This document shows, one piece after another, positions 52,816 through 62,451 of a stretch of 64,000 bases of DNA. The DNA comes from an uncultured Clostridia bacterium (GTDB lineage Bacteria > Bacillota > Clostridia > Oscillospirales > Acutalibacteraceae). The notes beneath the pieces were generated by a model. It saw only the letters and a program-made list of their open reading frames with translations. It had not been told where the DNA came from and ran no database searches. The DNA lies in NCBI GenBank assembly GCA_944380845.1, contig CALWIU010000045.1, positions 164-64,163 on the forward strand. Direction: 5' to 3'. Every line of letters begins with the position of its first letter. Position 1 is the first letter of the stretch. The position numbers were made by a program, and so were the translations under genes.

Positions 52816-53664
52816 TTGAATCACCAGAAACGCGTGGCGGCGATCCACGATATTTCCGGTTTTGGAAAATGTTCGCTGACGGTCGCCCTTCCGGTGCTGT
52901 CCGCTGCCGGAATCGAAACGGCGGTCATGCCCACTGCGGTGCTTTCCACCCATACCGCCTGCAAGCCCGGATACACCTATCGGGATCTGACGGAAGATCT
53001 TTTGCCGTTTGCCGAAAACTGGAAAGCGAATGAATTGCAGTTTGATGCGATTTACAGCGGTTTTTTGGGAAGCAGTGAACAGATCGAAATCGTCAGCCGT
53101 ATTTTTGACCTGCTGACCAATGATTCGACTTTGAAAATCGTTGATCCCGCAATGGCGGATAACGGCAGAATGTACAGTGTGTTTGACCGTGCCTTTGCGG
53201 TGGATATGGGCGAGCTTTGCCGCAAAGCGGATGTGATCGTTCCCAATTTTACCGAAGCGGCGTTTATGCTGGGGGAAGAATACCAAAACCCCCCGTATAC
53301 CAGAGAATATGTTCGTCAGCTGACCGAGCGGCTGGCGTCCCGCTTCGGCGCATCGGTGGTTTTAACGGGCATTGCCTATGACGATGCGCATATCGGCGCG
53401 GCAGCTTTTGACCACAGAAGCGGCGCTTATACGGAAGCCATCACCCCCAAAGTCGGGGGAATGTACCATGGCACCGGGGATGTATTTGCAAGCGTGCTGA
53501 CCGCCGGTCTGGTGCGCGGGCAGGATCTGATGAAAGCGTGCAAGGCGGCGGTCGAGTATACCTATGCCTGTATTGACCGGACTTTCCGGGAGTACCCGTA
53601 TATGACTTACGGTGTGGACTTTGAAAGCGATTTGTATAAAATGCGCGAAATCACCGCGCCGTGA
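52816..53664 (+). CDS. pdxK: Pyridoxal/pyridoxamine kinase
   Basis: RVAAIHDISGFGKCSLTVALPVLSAAG, DAIYSGFLGS, DPAMADNG, GTGDVFAS. Probable TTG start at 52816 (AAGAGGA upstream). Confidence 0.85.
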   Translation: MNHQKRVAAIHDISGFGKCSLTVALPVLSAAGIETAVMPTAVLSTHTACKPGYTYRDLTEDLLPFAENWKANELQFDAIYSGFLGSSEQIEIVSRIFDLLTNDSTLKIVDPAMADNGRMYSVFDRAFAVDMGELCRKADVIVPNFTEAAFMLGEEYQNPPYTREYVRQLTERLASRFGASVVLTGIAYDDAHIGAAAFDHRSGAYTEAITPKVGGMYHGTGDVFASVLTAGLVRGQDLMKACKAAVEYTYACIDRTFREYPYMTYGVDFESDLYKMREITAP

Positions 53665-53681
53665 TCGAAAAGAGGGTCTGT

Positions 53682-54179
53682 ATGCGTGAATTGAATATTG
53701 TGTTGGTCGAGCCGGAAATCCCTCAAAACACCGGAAATGTCGCGCGAACCTGCGCGGCAACGGGGGCAAGGCTGCATCTGGTCGAGCCGATGGGGTTTAC
53801 GGTGGATGACCGGAAGCTGAAACGGGCAGGGCTGGATTACTGGCATTTGCTGGATATTACTTATTATGCCTCCTTAGCAGATTTTTTTGAAAAAAACAAA
53901 GGCGGCAATTTCACCTATTTTTCCACCAAAGCGCCGAAAGTATATACCGAGGTTTCGTATCCGGACGGTGCGTTTCTGGTTTTTGGCAAGGAAACCAAAG
54001 GCCTGCCGGAAGCGCTTTTGCACGAAAATCCCGAAAGTACGGTGCGCATCCCGATGATCGATGAGGCGAGAAGCCTGAATTTGTCCAATTCTGTTGCCAT
54101 CGGGGTTTATGAAGCCCTGCGGCAGTGGGGGTTCCCGCAATTGAAAACAACCGGGCAGCTTCGGGAATTTCATTGGTAG
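53682..54179 (+). CDS. trmL: tRNA (cytidine/uridine-34 2'-O)-methyltransferase TrmL (SpoU family)
   Basis: LNIVLVEPEIPQNTGNVARTC, FLVFGKETKGLP, IPM...RSLNLSNSVAI. Confidence 0.9.
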   Translation: MRELNIVLVEPEIPQNTGNVARTCAATGARLHLVEPMGFTVDDRKLKRAGLDYWHLLDITYYASLADFFEKNKGGNFTYFSTKAPKVYTEVSYPDGAFLVFGKETKGLPEALLHENPESTVRIPMIDEARSLNLSNSVAIGVYEALRQWGFPQLKTTGQLREFHW

Positions 54180-54197
54180 TCTATCTGATCGTATGAT

Positions 54198-54240
54198 AAA
54201 AAGAACTTCTTTCGGAAGAGCGAAAGAAGTTCTTTTTTTT
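54198..54240 (+). terminator. Rho-independent terminator of trmL
   Basis: 14-bp stem AAGAACTTCTTTCG / CGAAAGAAGTTCTT, then T8. Confidence 0.85.
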
Positions 54241-54246
54241 GCAAGA

Positions 54247-54291
54247 GACAAACGGAACCGTCACGCCCGGTGGGCGGCGGTTCCGTTTGTC
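54247..54291 (-). terminator. Strong hairpin downstream of the EF-G2 gene (no U-tract)
   Basis: 14-bp stem GACAAACGGAACCG / CGGTTCCGTTTGTC with a nested CGCCC/GGGCG stem. Confidence 0.4.
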
Positions 54292-54329
54292 ATAACAGGA
54301 AGAGATTAAACGGGAATGCAATCAGAAAA

Positions 54330-56396
54330 TCAGGACTCGGCGGCGGCTTTTGCGTCGGCGATGACCTTTTCAGCGACCTCGGCGGGCGCGTCCTCATACC
54401 GGCAGAATTCACTGGTATAACTGCCTCTGCCGGCTGTGACCGAACGCAGGACGGTCGAGAAATCGCCCATATTTGCCATGGGCACTTCGGCGGTCAGTTC
54501 CTGCATTTTCGGGTCTTCCGCCGGTCCCATACCCAGCACACGGCCGCGGCGCTTGGTGATATCGCCCATGATATCGCCCAGATTTTCATCCGGCAGCAGT
54601 ACCTTGACGGTGGCGATCGGCTCAAGGATCGTCGGTTTGGCTTCGGGAATCGCGGCTTTCAGCGCAAGCTGGGCAGCGGTCTTGAACGCCATTTCAGAGG
54701 AATCCACGGGATGATAGGAGCCATCATACAGGGTGGCTTTGATGCCGACCATCGGATAGCCGGCAATCATGCCGCGGGCAATGCTTTCACGCAGTCCTTT
54801 TTCAACTGCGGGGAAGAAGTTCTTCGGTACGGCGCCGCCGACCACTTCTTCGGCGAATTCAAAGCCATCGCCGACAATCGGTTCAAAGCGGATCCACACA
54901 TCGCCGAACTGACCGTGACCGCCGGACTGCTTTTTATGGCGGCCCTGTTTGGATACGGTCTTGCGGATGGTTTCACGATAGGGAACTTTCGGCACTTCCA
55001 GATCAACGGATACGCCGAATTTGGTTTTTAATTTGGAAACGACGACATCCAGGTGCTGTTCGCCCTGACCGGCAACGATTTGTTCGCGCGTCTCTTCATC
55101 GATGTAGGTTTTAATACTCGGATCTTCATGCGACAACTTTTTCAGACCGGTGGCGACTTTTTCTTCGTCGCCTTTTTTCTGCACCTTAACTGCCATGGAT
55201 AAGCAGGGAGCGGGGAAGTCGATGCCGTCGATGGTGACGGGCTTTTTCGCATCGCAGAGGGTGTCGCCGGTTTTGAACCCTTCAAGCTTTGTGATAACGC
55301 CGATATCGCCGGCGGTGATTTTTGCGGTGTCTTCGGTCTTCCCGCCTTTTACGGAGACCAGCTTGCCCAGACGGACTGCGTCGCCGGTGCGGGCGTTGAT
55401 GTAATTGCCGTCGGCTTTCAGTTCGCCGGAAGCAACTTTGAAATAGGACATTTTACCGACAAAGGGGTCGGCAACGGTCTTGAAGCAGATCGCTGCGGTA
55501 TTTGCGGAAGCGTCGCAGTCAATTTCCACCGGCTCGCCGTCGGCGTCAACGCCGCTTTCCTTGAGATCGGCGGGGGAGGGCGCGTACTTGCGCAGCGCGT
55601 TCAGAATCAGATCAACGCCTTCCAGCGTCTGCCCCGAGCAAGCATAAACCGGAATAATCAAACCTTCTTTGACGCCGGTTTTCAGCCCCTTGACGATCTC
55701 GTCATGGGTGAACGGCTCTTCCTCGAAAAATTTCATCATCAGTTCCTCGTCTGCGGAGGCGACCGCTTCTGTAAAAGCGGCGTGCAGCTCGGAAATGGTA
55801 TCGTTTTCGGGAATGGCGGTTTCCTGCGCTTTTCCGTCCTGATAAACAAAGGCTTTGTCTTGCAGGAAATTGACATAGGAAACGACTTTGCCGTTTTCGT
55901 AATGGGGCACGACGACCGGGCAAATAACCGTTCCGTAGCGCTCTTTCAGCGCATCGATGGTTTTATAAAAGTTGGTATTTTCCGCATCGCATTTGGTAAC
56001 GGCAAAAATTTTGGCAAGAGAGCGGGATTTAGCGGCTTTGACAGCCTTTTCTGCGCCGACATCAAAGCCGGAACCGGCGGCAAGCACCACCAGAAGGCAG
56101 TCGGCTGCGCGGACACCCTCATAAAGACCGCCGGCAAAATCAAAGAAGCCGGGGGTGTCGATCAGATTGATTTTAACATCTCTCCATTCCAGCGGCGCGA
56201 CGGCGGAAGAAACGGAGATTTTTCTCTTTTTTTCCTCAGGGTCATAATCCATGACGGTATTGCCGTCGGCGACTTTGCCCAGACGATCCGTTGCGCCGGA
56301 AAGGAAAAGCATGGCTTCGGCAAGGGTGGTTTTGCCCCTGCCGCCGTGACCGGCAATGACGACATTACGAATGTCCTGTGCTTGATAGTCTTTCAT
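54330..56396 (-). CDS. Elongation factor G paralogue (EF-G2 type)
   Basis: VIAGHGGRGKTTLAEAM is the EF-G2-type G1 motif rather than AHIDAGKTT. Also DTPGFFDF, TKCD and full domains II-V. AGGAGG RBS. Confidence 0.9.
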   Translation of the reverse strand: MKDYQAQDIRNVVIAGHGGRGKTTLAEAMLFLSGATDRLGKVADGNTVMDYDPEEKKRKISVSSAVAPLEWRDVKINLIDTPGFFDFAGGLYEGVRAADCLLVVLAAGSGFDVGAEKAVKAAKSRSLAKIFAVTKCDAENTNFYKTIDALKERYGTVICPVVVPHYENGKVVSYVNFLQDKAFVYQDGKAQETAIPENDTISELHAAFTEAVASADEELMMKFFEEEPFTHDEIVKGLKTGVKEGLIIPVYACSGQTLEGVDLILNALRKYAPSPADLKESGVDADGEPVEIDCDASANTAAICFKTVADPFVGKMSYFKVASGELKADGNYINARTGDAVRLGKLVSVKGGKTEDTAKITAGDIGVITKLEGFKTGDTLCDAKKPVTIDGIDFPAPCLSMAVKVQKKGDEEKVATGLKKLSHEDPSIKTYIDEETREQIVAGQGEQHLDVVVSKLKTKFGVSVDLEVPKVPYRETIRKTVSKQGRHKKQSGGHGQFGDVWIRFEPIVGDGFEFAEEVVGGAVPKNFFPAVEKGLRESIARGMIAGYPMVGIKATLYDGSYHPVDSSEMAFKTAAQLALKAAIPEAKPTILEPIATVKVLLPDENLGDIMGDITKRRGRVLGMGPAEDPKMQELTAEVPMANMGDFSTVLRSVTAGRGSYTSEFCRYEDAPAEVAEKVIADAKAAAES

Positions 56397-56606
56397 GATG
56401 ATTCCTCCTGTTATGTTTTACACTATTTACATAAAGAAATGGATATTGACAAAAATTTATAAGCAATTTGCAAACTATGGAAAATATTTTAGCACATTCT
56501 TTTGCTGATTTCAATAACTGTTTTGTAAAAAAGTAAGATTTTTTTGTGGATTTTTGTAGAGTCCGCGGAATAGCGGCAAGTTGATGAAAAAGATAAGATT
56601 TGTTCA

Positions 56607-56635
56607 TTGCAAAAAAAAACGCACTGTGTTACAAT
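56607..56635 (+). promoter_or_regulatory. Sigma-A-type promoter
   Basis: TTGCAA, 17 nt, TACAAT, with TG extended -10. Confidence 0.55.
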
Positions 56636-56674
56636 ATCCGTTGTATGTAACGATATGACGGAGCGTTTTATGAT

Positions 56675-57418
56675 ATGAAAAAACAACTCAATGCAATCAC
56701 GCCGATCCCCAAGGGGCAGTATGTGCTGTGGATGGTGATCCGCGTCCTGCTTTTCGCTTACGGGGTGTACGGGCTGTTTAACGGATCGGTGACCAAGTTT
56801 CTAATGGGGATGTTTTCCATCGCCTTTACGCATCTGTGGGATCTGTTTCAGCTTTTGGGCGGCAAAAGCTTTATTACCAGAGTCGGGTATTTTTCCCAGA
56901 CACTGCTGAATGTGTTTATCTTTTTCGGCTGTGTGATCGGGCCTTATTTTAATGACAGCACCAATTTTCAGTCTGTCGATATTTTTGAGCATACCTTCGC
57001 GGGGATTTTAGCTGCCTGGTTCGGGTATGATCTGGCAACGGCGATCCAGGGAAAAAAGCACCATCTCAAGCCCGCGCTGGCGGCGCTGTTCTGTGTTTTG
57101 TTTTCGCTGAGCATCGGCGCGGCATGGGAATTTTATGAGTTTACCATGGATCGTATTTACGGCTATCAGCTGCAAAATTCGCTGGTGCTTGCCGAAACCG
57201 GGTTGGTAGATACCATGGAAGACATGATCTGCTGTGCCGCCGGCTCGCTGATCGGTATGTTCCTGGTGGCATTTTATAAAAACGGCATCATCGGGAAAAA
57301 CCGCCGGGCGATACGACAAAAGGTGAAAGCCCAATCAAAATTTGACCGGGAAGAAGAGCTTGCGTATTTGGACGAATTAAAGAAAACGGAATCTTCCGGC
57401 GATAAGGAGCGTTTATAA
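56675..57418 (+). CDS. Polytopic membrane protein of unknown function
   Basis: About 6 TM segments. AAWEFYEFTMD and VDTMEDMICCAAGS motifs. Charged C-terminal tail. Family not confidently recognised. Confidence 0.7.
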   Translation: MKKQLNAITPIPKGQYVLWMVIRVLLFAYGVYGLFNGSVTKFLMGMFSIAFTHLWDLFQLLGGKSFITRVGYFSQTLLNVFIFFGCVIGPYFNDSTNFQSVDIFEHTFAGILAAWFGYDLATAIQGKKHHLKPALAALFCVLFSLSIGAAWEFYEFTMDRIYGYQLQNSLVLAETGLVDTMEDMICCAAGSLIGMFLVAFYKNGIIGKNRRAIRQKVKAQSKFDREEELAYLDELKKTESSGDKERL

Positions 57419-57419
57419 C

Positions 57420-58265
57420 ATGAGCATTCATATCAGTATTGACAGTACCATTACCCTGCCAAAGGATCAACTGGAAAAATTTTCGATTTCCGTCATGCCG
57501 ATGCACATTGTGTTCAGCGGCGAGAGCTTTGACGACAGCGTCAATATTGACGCAAAGGGGTTGATCGAACGGTACCAGCAGACCGGCGAGATCCCGTCCA
57601 CTTCCGCCTGCTCGATCGGCGAGTATCAGGATCTGTTCAGCCGGTTGACGGCGGATGGAAGCGAAGTCATTCATTTTTGCATGGCTTCCGAAATGTCCAG
57701 CACCTATCAAAACGCGAAAGCCGCAGCGGCGGATTTTCCGTCTGTTTCGGTCGTGGACACCCACAACATCACTTCGGCGACGGGTTTGATGGTACTGAAA
57801 GCCGCCGAACTGCGCAATGACGGGTATTCCGTCCGTGAGATTTTGCGCCGGGTGGATGAAATGATCGGCAAGGTGCGTTCCAGCTTTATTTTGGAGAACC
57901 TGTCCTTTCTCGCCAAAAACGGCCGCTGTCCCAGTGTGGTCGCCTTCGGCGCCAATGTTCTGGGCATCAAGCCTTCCATTGTGGTGGAAAACGGCAAAAT
58001 GTCCGTCGGCAAAAAATACCGCGGCAAATTCGACGCCTGTATTGTGAAATACATCCGCGATCTTTTGGAAAACAACGATAAAATTGATTTGTCCCGCGTC
58101 AGTGTGGAGTATGCCTACGGCATCACCGACGCCCAGATCGATATGATCAAAAAAGAGGTCCGCAAGTATCAGAAGTTTGACGAGACCCTGACGGTCTACA
58201 CCAGTTCGACCATCACTGCCCACTGCGGACAGGGCGTCATCGGTGTGCTGTTTCTCGAAAAATAA
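57420..58265 (+). CDS. DegV-family fatty-acid-binding protein
   Basis: IDSTITLP, PSTSACSIGEY, MASEMSSTYQNA, TSSTITAHCGQG pattern of the DegV family. Confidence 0.9.
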   Translation: MSIHISIDSTITLPKDQLEKFSISVMPMHIVFSGESFDDSVNIDAKGLIERYQQTGEIPSTSACSIGEYQDLFSRLTADGSEVIHFCMASEMSSTYQNAKAAAADFPSVSVVDTHNITSATGLMVLKAAELRNDGYSVREILRRVDEMIGKVRSSFILENLSFLAKNGRCPSVVAFGANVLGIKPSIVVENGKMSVGKKYRGKFDACIVKYIRDLLENNDKIDLSRVSVEYAYGITDAQIDMIKKEVRKYQKFDETLTVYTSSTITAHCGQGVIGVLFLEK

Positions 58266-58274
58266 GGAAAAAGA

Positions 58275-58300
58275 AAAGCCGGAGCATGCTCCGGCTTTTT
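58275..58300 (+). terminator. Rho-independent terminator
   Basis: AAGCCGGAGCATGCTCCGGCTT palindrome, then T5. Confidence 0.8.
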
Positions 58301-58434
58301 GTTTGCAAAAAAACAGAAAAGTAAGGAAGTTGTAAGAAAGTCTTTCTTTTTTATTTGGAAAAATATCATATTCATCTCCTTTTTTGTGCTATACTGAAAA
58401 CAAAAGCTGCAAAAAACAAAAGGAGGAGAATGAA

Positions 58435-59016
58435 ATGAAGAAACAAAAGAAAAACAAACTCTTTAAATCTCTGGCGTTGCTTGTTGCTGCGGTGGTGTTT
58501 GTTGGGGGACTGTCTTTTGTCCGTCCGGCGCGGGCAGACAAAATCTATATCCGGATATCGCCATTCCAGGATCAAACGCACTTTGAAGCCAATCTGCTTA
58601 ATCAACAGATTCTGCACGACCTGAATGTGTTTGCCTCCAGGGACTATCGGGATTTTGTGAGCGTCAATATCTCTTTGGAATGGCAGAACCTTACGCCCTG
58701 GACGGTCCTGTTGGAAGACGGCGAAATACTGGAGGATGCGGCAGCTTTTGTGGTTACCAAGCGCCGGCAGGAGAAGCTTACCACGCTGTATGCCTATGAA
58801 CATACTTTGGGAACCGATGGCTATAGTTTGATCTGTTATCGAGGCAGCTGTAGCGATTCGGAGTTGGAGGAGAAGATTCGGGCGCTGACGATCCGACAGC
58901 CTTATGAGACCGATCTTTTCTCGTTCTTTTCGATGAAGCTTCGTCTTACTGACGGTATATTCGTTTCCGATGAGGAATTTTATGCGCAATGCGAGCGGTT
59001 AAAGAACCAGGAATAA
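58435..59016 (+). CDS. Secreted hypothetical protein (193 aa)
   Basis: AGGAGGAG RBS. MKKQKKNKLFKSLALLVAAVVFVGGLSFVRPARA signal peptide. No family recognised. Confidence 0.6.
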   Translation: MKKQKKNKLFKSLALLVAAVVFVGGLSFVRPARADKIYIRISPFQDQTHFEANLLNQQILHDLNVFASRDYRDFVSVNISLEWQNLTPWTVLLEDGEILEDAAAFVVTKRRQEKLTTLYAYEHTLGTDGYSLICYRGSCSDSELEEKIRALTIRQPYETDLFSFFSMKLRLTDGIFVSDEEFYAQCERLKNQE

Positions 59017-59017
59017 A

Positions 59018-59056
59018 AGAACCCGCCCTGTTTAAAACAGAGCGGGTTCTTTTTCT
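59018..59056. terminator. Hairpin terminator between convergent genes
   Basis: AGAACCCGC / GCGGGTTCT stem followed by TTTTTCTTTT. Confidence 0.65.
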
Positions 59057-59068
59057 TTTGTATGGGGA

Positions 59069-59929
59069 TTATAACAGCTGGTTGATGTCATCCAGCACAT
59101 CCATCATTTCCAGAAGCTCGACCTTCTGGCAGGTGGTTTCGTGGGCGTGCATGACCTTCTGCGGTTCAGCGGTGAAGTTCTGGAAATCCAGTTTGGTGGT
59201 GCGGTCGTTCTCCGTCTGCCAAATGCTCAGCAGGTTGATGCCGTCATAATAATAGGTTTCGGTTTTGCCATCGGCGGTCTGGGTGTAAACATCGACCGTT
59301 TTCCCATTCCATTCGCCTTCGGATTTGACATAGCCTTCATCCAGCAGCGCGGCGGGTTTTTTCAAACGGATCATTTCCGTTGCCATTTCCTCGCGGATCG
59401 CTTCCAGATCAAAATGTTCGCTGCCCGGCTCCAGAGAATCGATGATGCGGTTGAGCGCGTCGATATCCTCCATCGTCAGTTCGCAATAGCGGGCGGAGGG
59501 CTCATGGATGAAACGCATTCCATTGTCAGACAACAGAAGTCCCATGGAAGAAGCGCCGTTTTTAATCAGGAACATCAGCTCATCGCCGTTTTGCCCCAGT
59601 CCCATTGTGGTGCCGTCGGCGGTGGTCTCATAATAATAGGAATCATAATAGGTCAGGCTTTCCAGCTTCAGCGCACAGCGCAGGATCAGACGCGCATCGG
59701 CGCTGGTTACCTTGCCGTCGCTGTTGACATCGGCTTTTTGCGCCGTCTGCTCGTCATACGGGTCAAGGCTCAGCGCAAAGCGCAGCACCTGACGGGCGTC
59801 ATCGGTTTTGGTTTGACCGCTGCCGTTGACATCGCCGACAACCGCGAAGGCGGGCAAAACAAAAATCTGTGCGCACAGCAGCGCTGCCGCCGCTACCGCT
59901 GTCAGTTTTTTCAAAAAATGTTTTTTCAT
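59069..59929 (-). CDS. Secreted protein with N-terminal dockerin and a LolA-like/unknown C-terminal domain
   Basis: Start re-set to ATG 59929 (GGAGGAG RBS). Signal peptide ...VLPAFA. Dockerin GDVNGSGQTKTDDARQVLRFAL...ADVNSDGKVTSADARLILRCAL (nt ~59663-59836). The C-terminal domain is paralogous to the lipoprotein at 40351..41235. Confidence 0.8.
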   Translation of the reverse strand: MKKHFLKKLTAVAAAALLCAQIFVLPAFAVVGDVNGSGQTKTDDARQVLRFALSLDPYDEQTAQKADVNSDGKVTSADARLILRCALKLESLTYYDSYYYETTADGTTMGLGQNGDELMFLIKNGASSMGLLLSDNGMRFIHEPSARYCELTMEDIDALNRIIDSLEPGSEHFDLEAIREEMATEMIRLKKPAALLDEGYVKSEGEWNGKTVDVYTQTADGKTETYYYDGINLLSIWQTENDRTTKLDFQNFTAEPQKVMHAHETTCQKVELLEMMDVLDDINQLL

Positions 59930-59960
59930 GGACTTCTCCTCCGTTTTATTTTCTAATGAC

Positions 59961-59989
59961 AGTATAAAGGATTGTTTCTCATTTTGCAA
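59961..59989 (-). promoter_or_regulatory. Sigma-A-type promoter (minus strand)
   Basis: Minus-strand reading: TTGCAA, 17 nt, TATACT. Confidence 0.5.
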
Positions 59990-60019
59990 GGGGCAGTTCT
60001 TGTCAGGACTGTAAATTGT

Positions 60020-61042
60020 TTACCATCGGTTGTCCGAATGCTCGCAAAAGGCGGTCATCCGGTCGATCGTCAAAACGGTTCCGTCATCAAGCACCGCCTG
60101 ACCGCTCCATTTTCCGAATACCTGATGGCAGCGGTTGCCGACCAGCCCCAGCACCCGGGAGGAAGTGTAATTGTCGTATTCCGGGCGCATGGTGAATTGG
60201 AAGCGCCGGTCATCGGATCGGAAAATCCACGGCTTCATCGGATCGTTTTCGTCATGCTCGAGAGATACCGCGCCGATTTTATGGGCTTTTCCGTCATAAA
60301 ACAGCATATTTTCACTGGCGGCGCTCATGTCGCCGAAGCCCCAGCCGATTTCAAACCCGAACAGCTTGCCGTCAGGCAGCCGTGTGGAACCGTTGCCCCA
60401 GTACCAGTCCTCGTGATAGGGCCAGACGCCGCGCCCCCAGTCCAGCACGCCGAAAGCGTCCGACGGGCTCAGGTGGATCTCCCGGTTCCCGATGCAGATC
60501 GTGCCTTCCGCCGGCATACAATTCCATTTCTGATTCAAATAGAAATGTCCGTTCTGCTTAAAGGGGACTGCCATGGTCAGTGATTCCGCGTCTTTTTGAA
60601 CAAAAAGGGTCAGGTCGCAGACAAAATCTTCTTTCCCCAATTTGCCTGCCGCATGAAAAACGCGCTTTTCTTCCGTTGCCTGCACGCGCATCAGGAAGTT
60701 TTTGTTTTGTACAACGATGGTGTGCGGCTGGCTGGTGTTTTCCGGCAGCGCCATGCGTCCCATGGTCAGCAGCGAAACTTTTGCGGTTTCTTTTTTTTCA
60801 CCGGTGGTTCGGTCAAACAGGCAAAAGCTGCCCGCACCGCCCATGGAAATGTCGGCAAAAGTCATTTGCAGGGTATAGCGCGGGTCGCTGATCTGGTAAA
60901 AATCCCATTCCTTGATGCGGATCGCCGGCGCCTGAATGTCTTTGCGGCGGTAAATATAGTAATTTTTTTTGCAGTAACCGGGCACGGCAACATTGCCGTT
61001 TTTGTCCAAAAGCCTTGTCGGGGATGTAATTTCCCGCTGCAT
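60020..61042 (-). CDS. Cytoplasmic hypothetical protein, possibly DUF2804 family
   Basis: AAGGAGGG RBS. 340 aa, Trp/Gly-rich beta-type sequence (WDFYQI..., DWGRGVWPYHEDWYWGNGS, ...EHSDNRW). The family name comes from memory of similar sequences and is not verified. Confidence 0.55.
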   Translation of the reverse strand: MQREITSPTRLLDKNGNVAVPGYCKKNYYIYRRKDIQAPAIRIKEWDFYQISDPRYTLQMTFADISMGGAGSFCLFDRTTGEKKETAKVSLLTMGRMALPENTSQPHTIVVQNKNFLMRVQATEEKRVFHAAGKLGKEDFVCDLTLFVQKDAESLTMAVPFKQNGHFYLNQKWNCMPAEGTICIGNREIHLSPSDAFGVLDWGRGVWPYHEDWYWGNGSTRLPDGKLFGFEIGWGFGDMSAASENMLFYDGKAHKIGAVSLEHDENDPMKPWIFRSDDRRFQFTMRPEYDNYTSSRVLGLVGNRCHQVFGKWSGQAVLDDGTVLTIDRMTAFCEHSDNRW

Positions 61043-61057
61043 AAGAAACCCTCCTTA

Positions 61058-61088
61058 TAAAAAAACGGGCAAACCGCAGTCTGCCCGT
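61058..61088 (-). terminator. Rho-independent terminator (minus strand)
   Basis: Minus-strand CGGGCA / TGCCCG stem followed by T7. It sits between 61104..62255 and the next gene's RBS. Confidence 0.7.
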
Positions 61089-61103
61089 CGATTGGATCAA
61101 AAC

Positions 61104-62255
61104 TTAGAAGTTGAAACCGTCAAAGAAGTTCCGGAACAAATTCAGAATCATGCGGATAATACGGAACAACCAGTTAAAGATGGTGTTGCTCTGGTCGGAA
61201 GTAATGCCCTGAACCATCATTTCAACGGAATTGGCGGTCATCACTTCGCCGTCCACACGGTAGACTCTGCCGCAGAGGATATAGGAGTCATCGTCCTGCG
61301 GAACATTATCATCGTCCCGGTCAAAGAAATCGTAGACATAGTAAACCTCGTTGTTGGCGCGGTGCTGGTAGATGTTGGCTTCGTGGTAGACCTGCTGGTC
61401 GCTGTCCAGCGGCGGCAGGGGAGAATTGGGAACGGTAGAGGCAAAGACCTTGACCTGCAAGGGATATTCGTCCTGATTAAAGTCGCCGACATTGGTTTCA
61501 ATGGCGCTCAGGCACTCGCGGTAACCGTCCTGCACCAGCAGTTTGACATAGAAGTCCTGACCGTAGATACCGTTCTGACGCTCATAGATCGTTGCCGGGT
61601 CGGGATCGACCAGTTCGCCGTAGCGGTTGAAGATCTGGTTATTGGTGAAAGAATAGAGGTTATATCCCTCTTCGGTATTGGTGGCAGGGAAGGTCACTTT
61701 GATGCGCCGCAGGTCAAAGTTCGGATAGCCGGCGTCGGGCGTCGGAATCTCAAGCAGGTAGCTGTAATCCATGGGCAGCACATAGCGGTTGGTGGTTTCA
61801 TTCGGCTCGATCACAGCGCCGTTGGCTGTGATGGTGACCTGCTGAATGAATTTTTCGTCCATGGTGACGGTGAATTCAAAGAAATTTTCGTCAATGCCGG
61901 TGATTTCGCCGTTTTCATCGGGAATCCCATATTTGGACATATCATAGCTGATGGTATAGTCGATATCCGGGTCTGCCTGATTGTCGCCGTGCTTGCAGAA
62001 AATGACCGTCGGATGCTCGGTGCATTCGGGCTTGACAGGGGGAATGCCGTCATAGGGATCGGGATCTTCCGGCATGGGAAGATGATCGCCGTTGCATTTG
62101 ACGGCGGCGGTATATTTCAGCGTGTCGTTGCCCAGCTCGTCCTTCATATAAACAAAGGGGAGGGTAATGGACTTACCGCCGGCGGCAGAAGCCGTTATGC
62201 TGACGATGCCGGTCAGCATTGCCAGAGCAAGCAGAACGGAAAGTACTTTTTTCAT
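61104..62255 (-). CDS. Secreted hypothetical protein with amphipathic aromatic C-terminal tail
   Basis: Start re-set to ATG 62255 (GGAGG RBS). MKKVLSVLLALAMLTGIVSITASA signal peptide. Asp/Pro/Tyr/Asn-rich body. Tail NTIFNWLFRIIRMILNLFRNFFDGFNF. The 428-aa plus-strand ORF 60993..62279 is its shadow. Confidence 0.7.
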   Translation of the reverse strand: MKKVLSVLLALAMLTGIVSITASAAGGKSITLPFVYMKDELGNDTLKYTAAVKCNGDHLPMPEDPDPYDGIPPVKPECTEHPTVIFCKHGDNQADPDIDYTISYDMSKYGIPDENGEITGIDENFFEFTVTMDEKFIQQVTITANGAVIEPNETTNRYVLPMDYSYLLEIPTPDAGYPNFDLRRIKVTFPATNTEEGYNLYSFTNNQIFNRYGELVDPDPATIYERQNGIYGQDFYVKLLVQDGYRECLSAIETNVGDFNQDEYPLQVKVFASTVPNSPLPPLDSDQQVYHEANIYQHRANNEVYYVYDFFDRDDDNVPQDDDSYILCGRVYRVDGEVMTANSVEMMVQGITSDQSNTIFNWLFRIIRMILNLFRNFFDGFNF

Positions 62256-62416
62256 CGCGGGAACCTCCAAAATAGATAGTCTGCCACAGAGGACATATAT
62301 ACAGCTTCATTATAATAAGTTTGCACAGATTTGTCAAGGGAAGGGGGTTCTTTCGGGACAAATTTACGGATTGTTAAATTTTCCGTGAAGATGCCGCAGT
62401 AATGAAAAAATGGGGC

Positions 62417-62445
62417 TTGACCTTTTTTTATAAAGAGGATATAAT
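62417..62445 (+). promoter_or_regulatory. Sigma-A-type promoter of the SRP RNA gene
   Basis: TTGACC, 17 nt, TATAAT. Confidence 0.6.
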
Positions 62446-62451
62446 ATATAG

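Noticed and set aside
54270-56462. Plus-strand ORFs 54270..55031 and 55704..56462
   Set aside because: They are antisense shadows of the EF-G2 gene.
60993-62279. 428-aa plus-strand ORF
   Set aside because: It is antisense to 61104..62255. That minus-strand gene has a GGAGG RBS, a signal peptide and a terminator. The plus-frame product is a Val/Gly/Ile/Asp-rich string typical of the reverse complement of an Asp/Asn/Tyr/Pro-rich gene.
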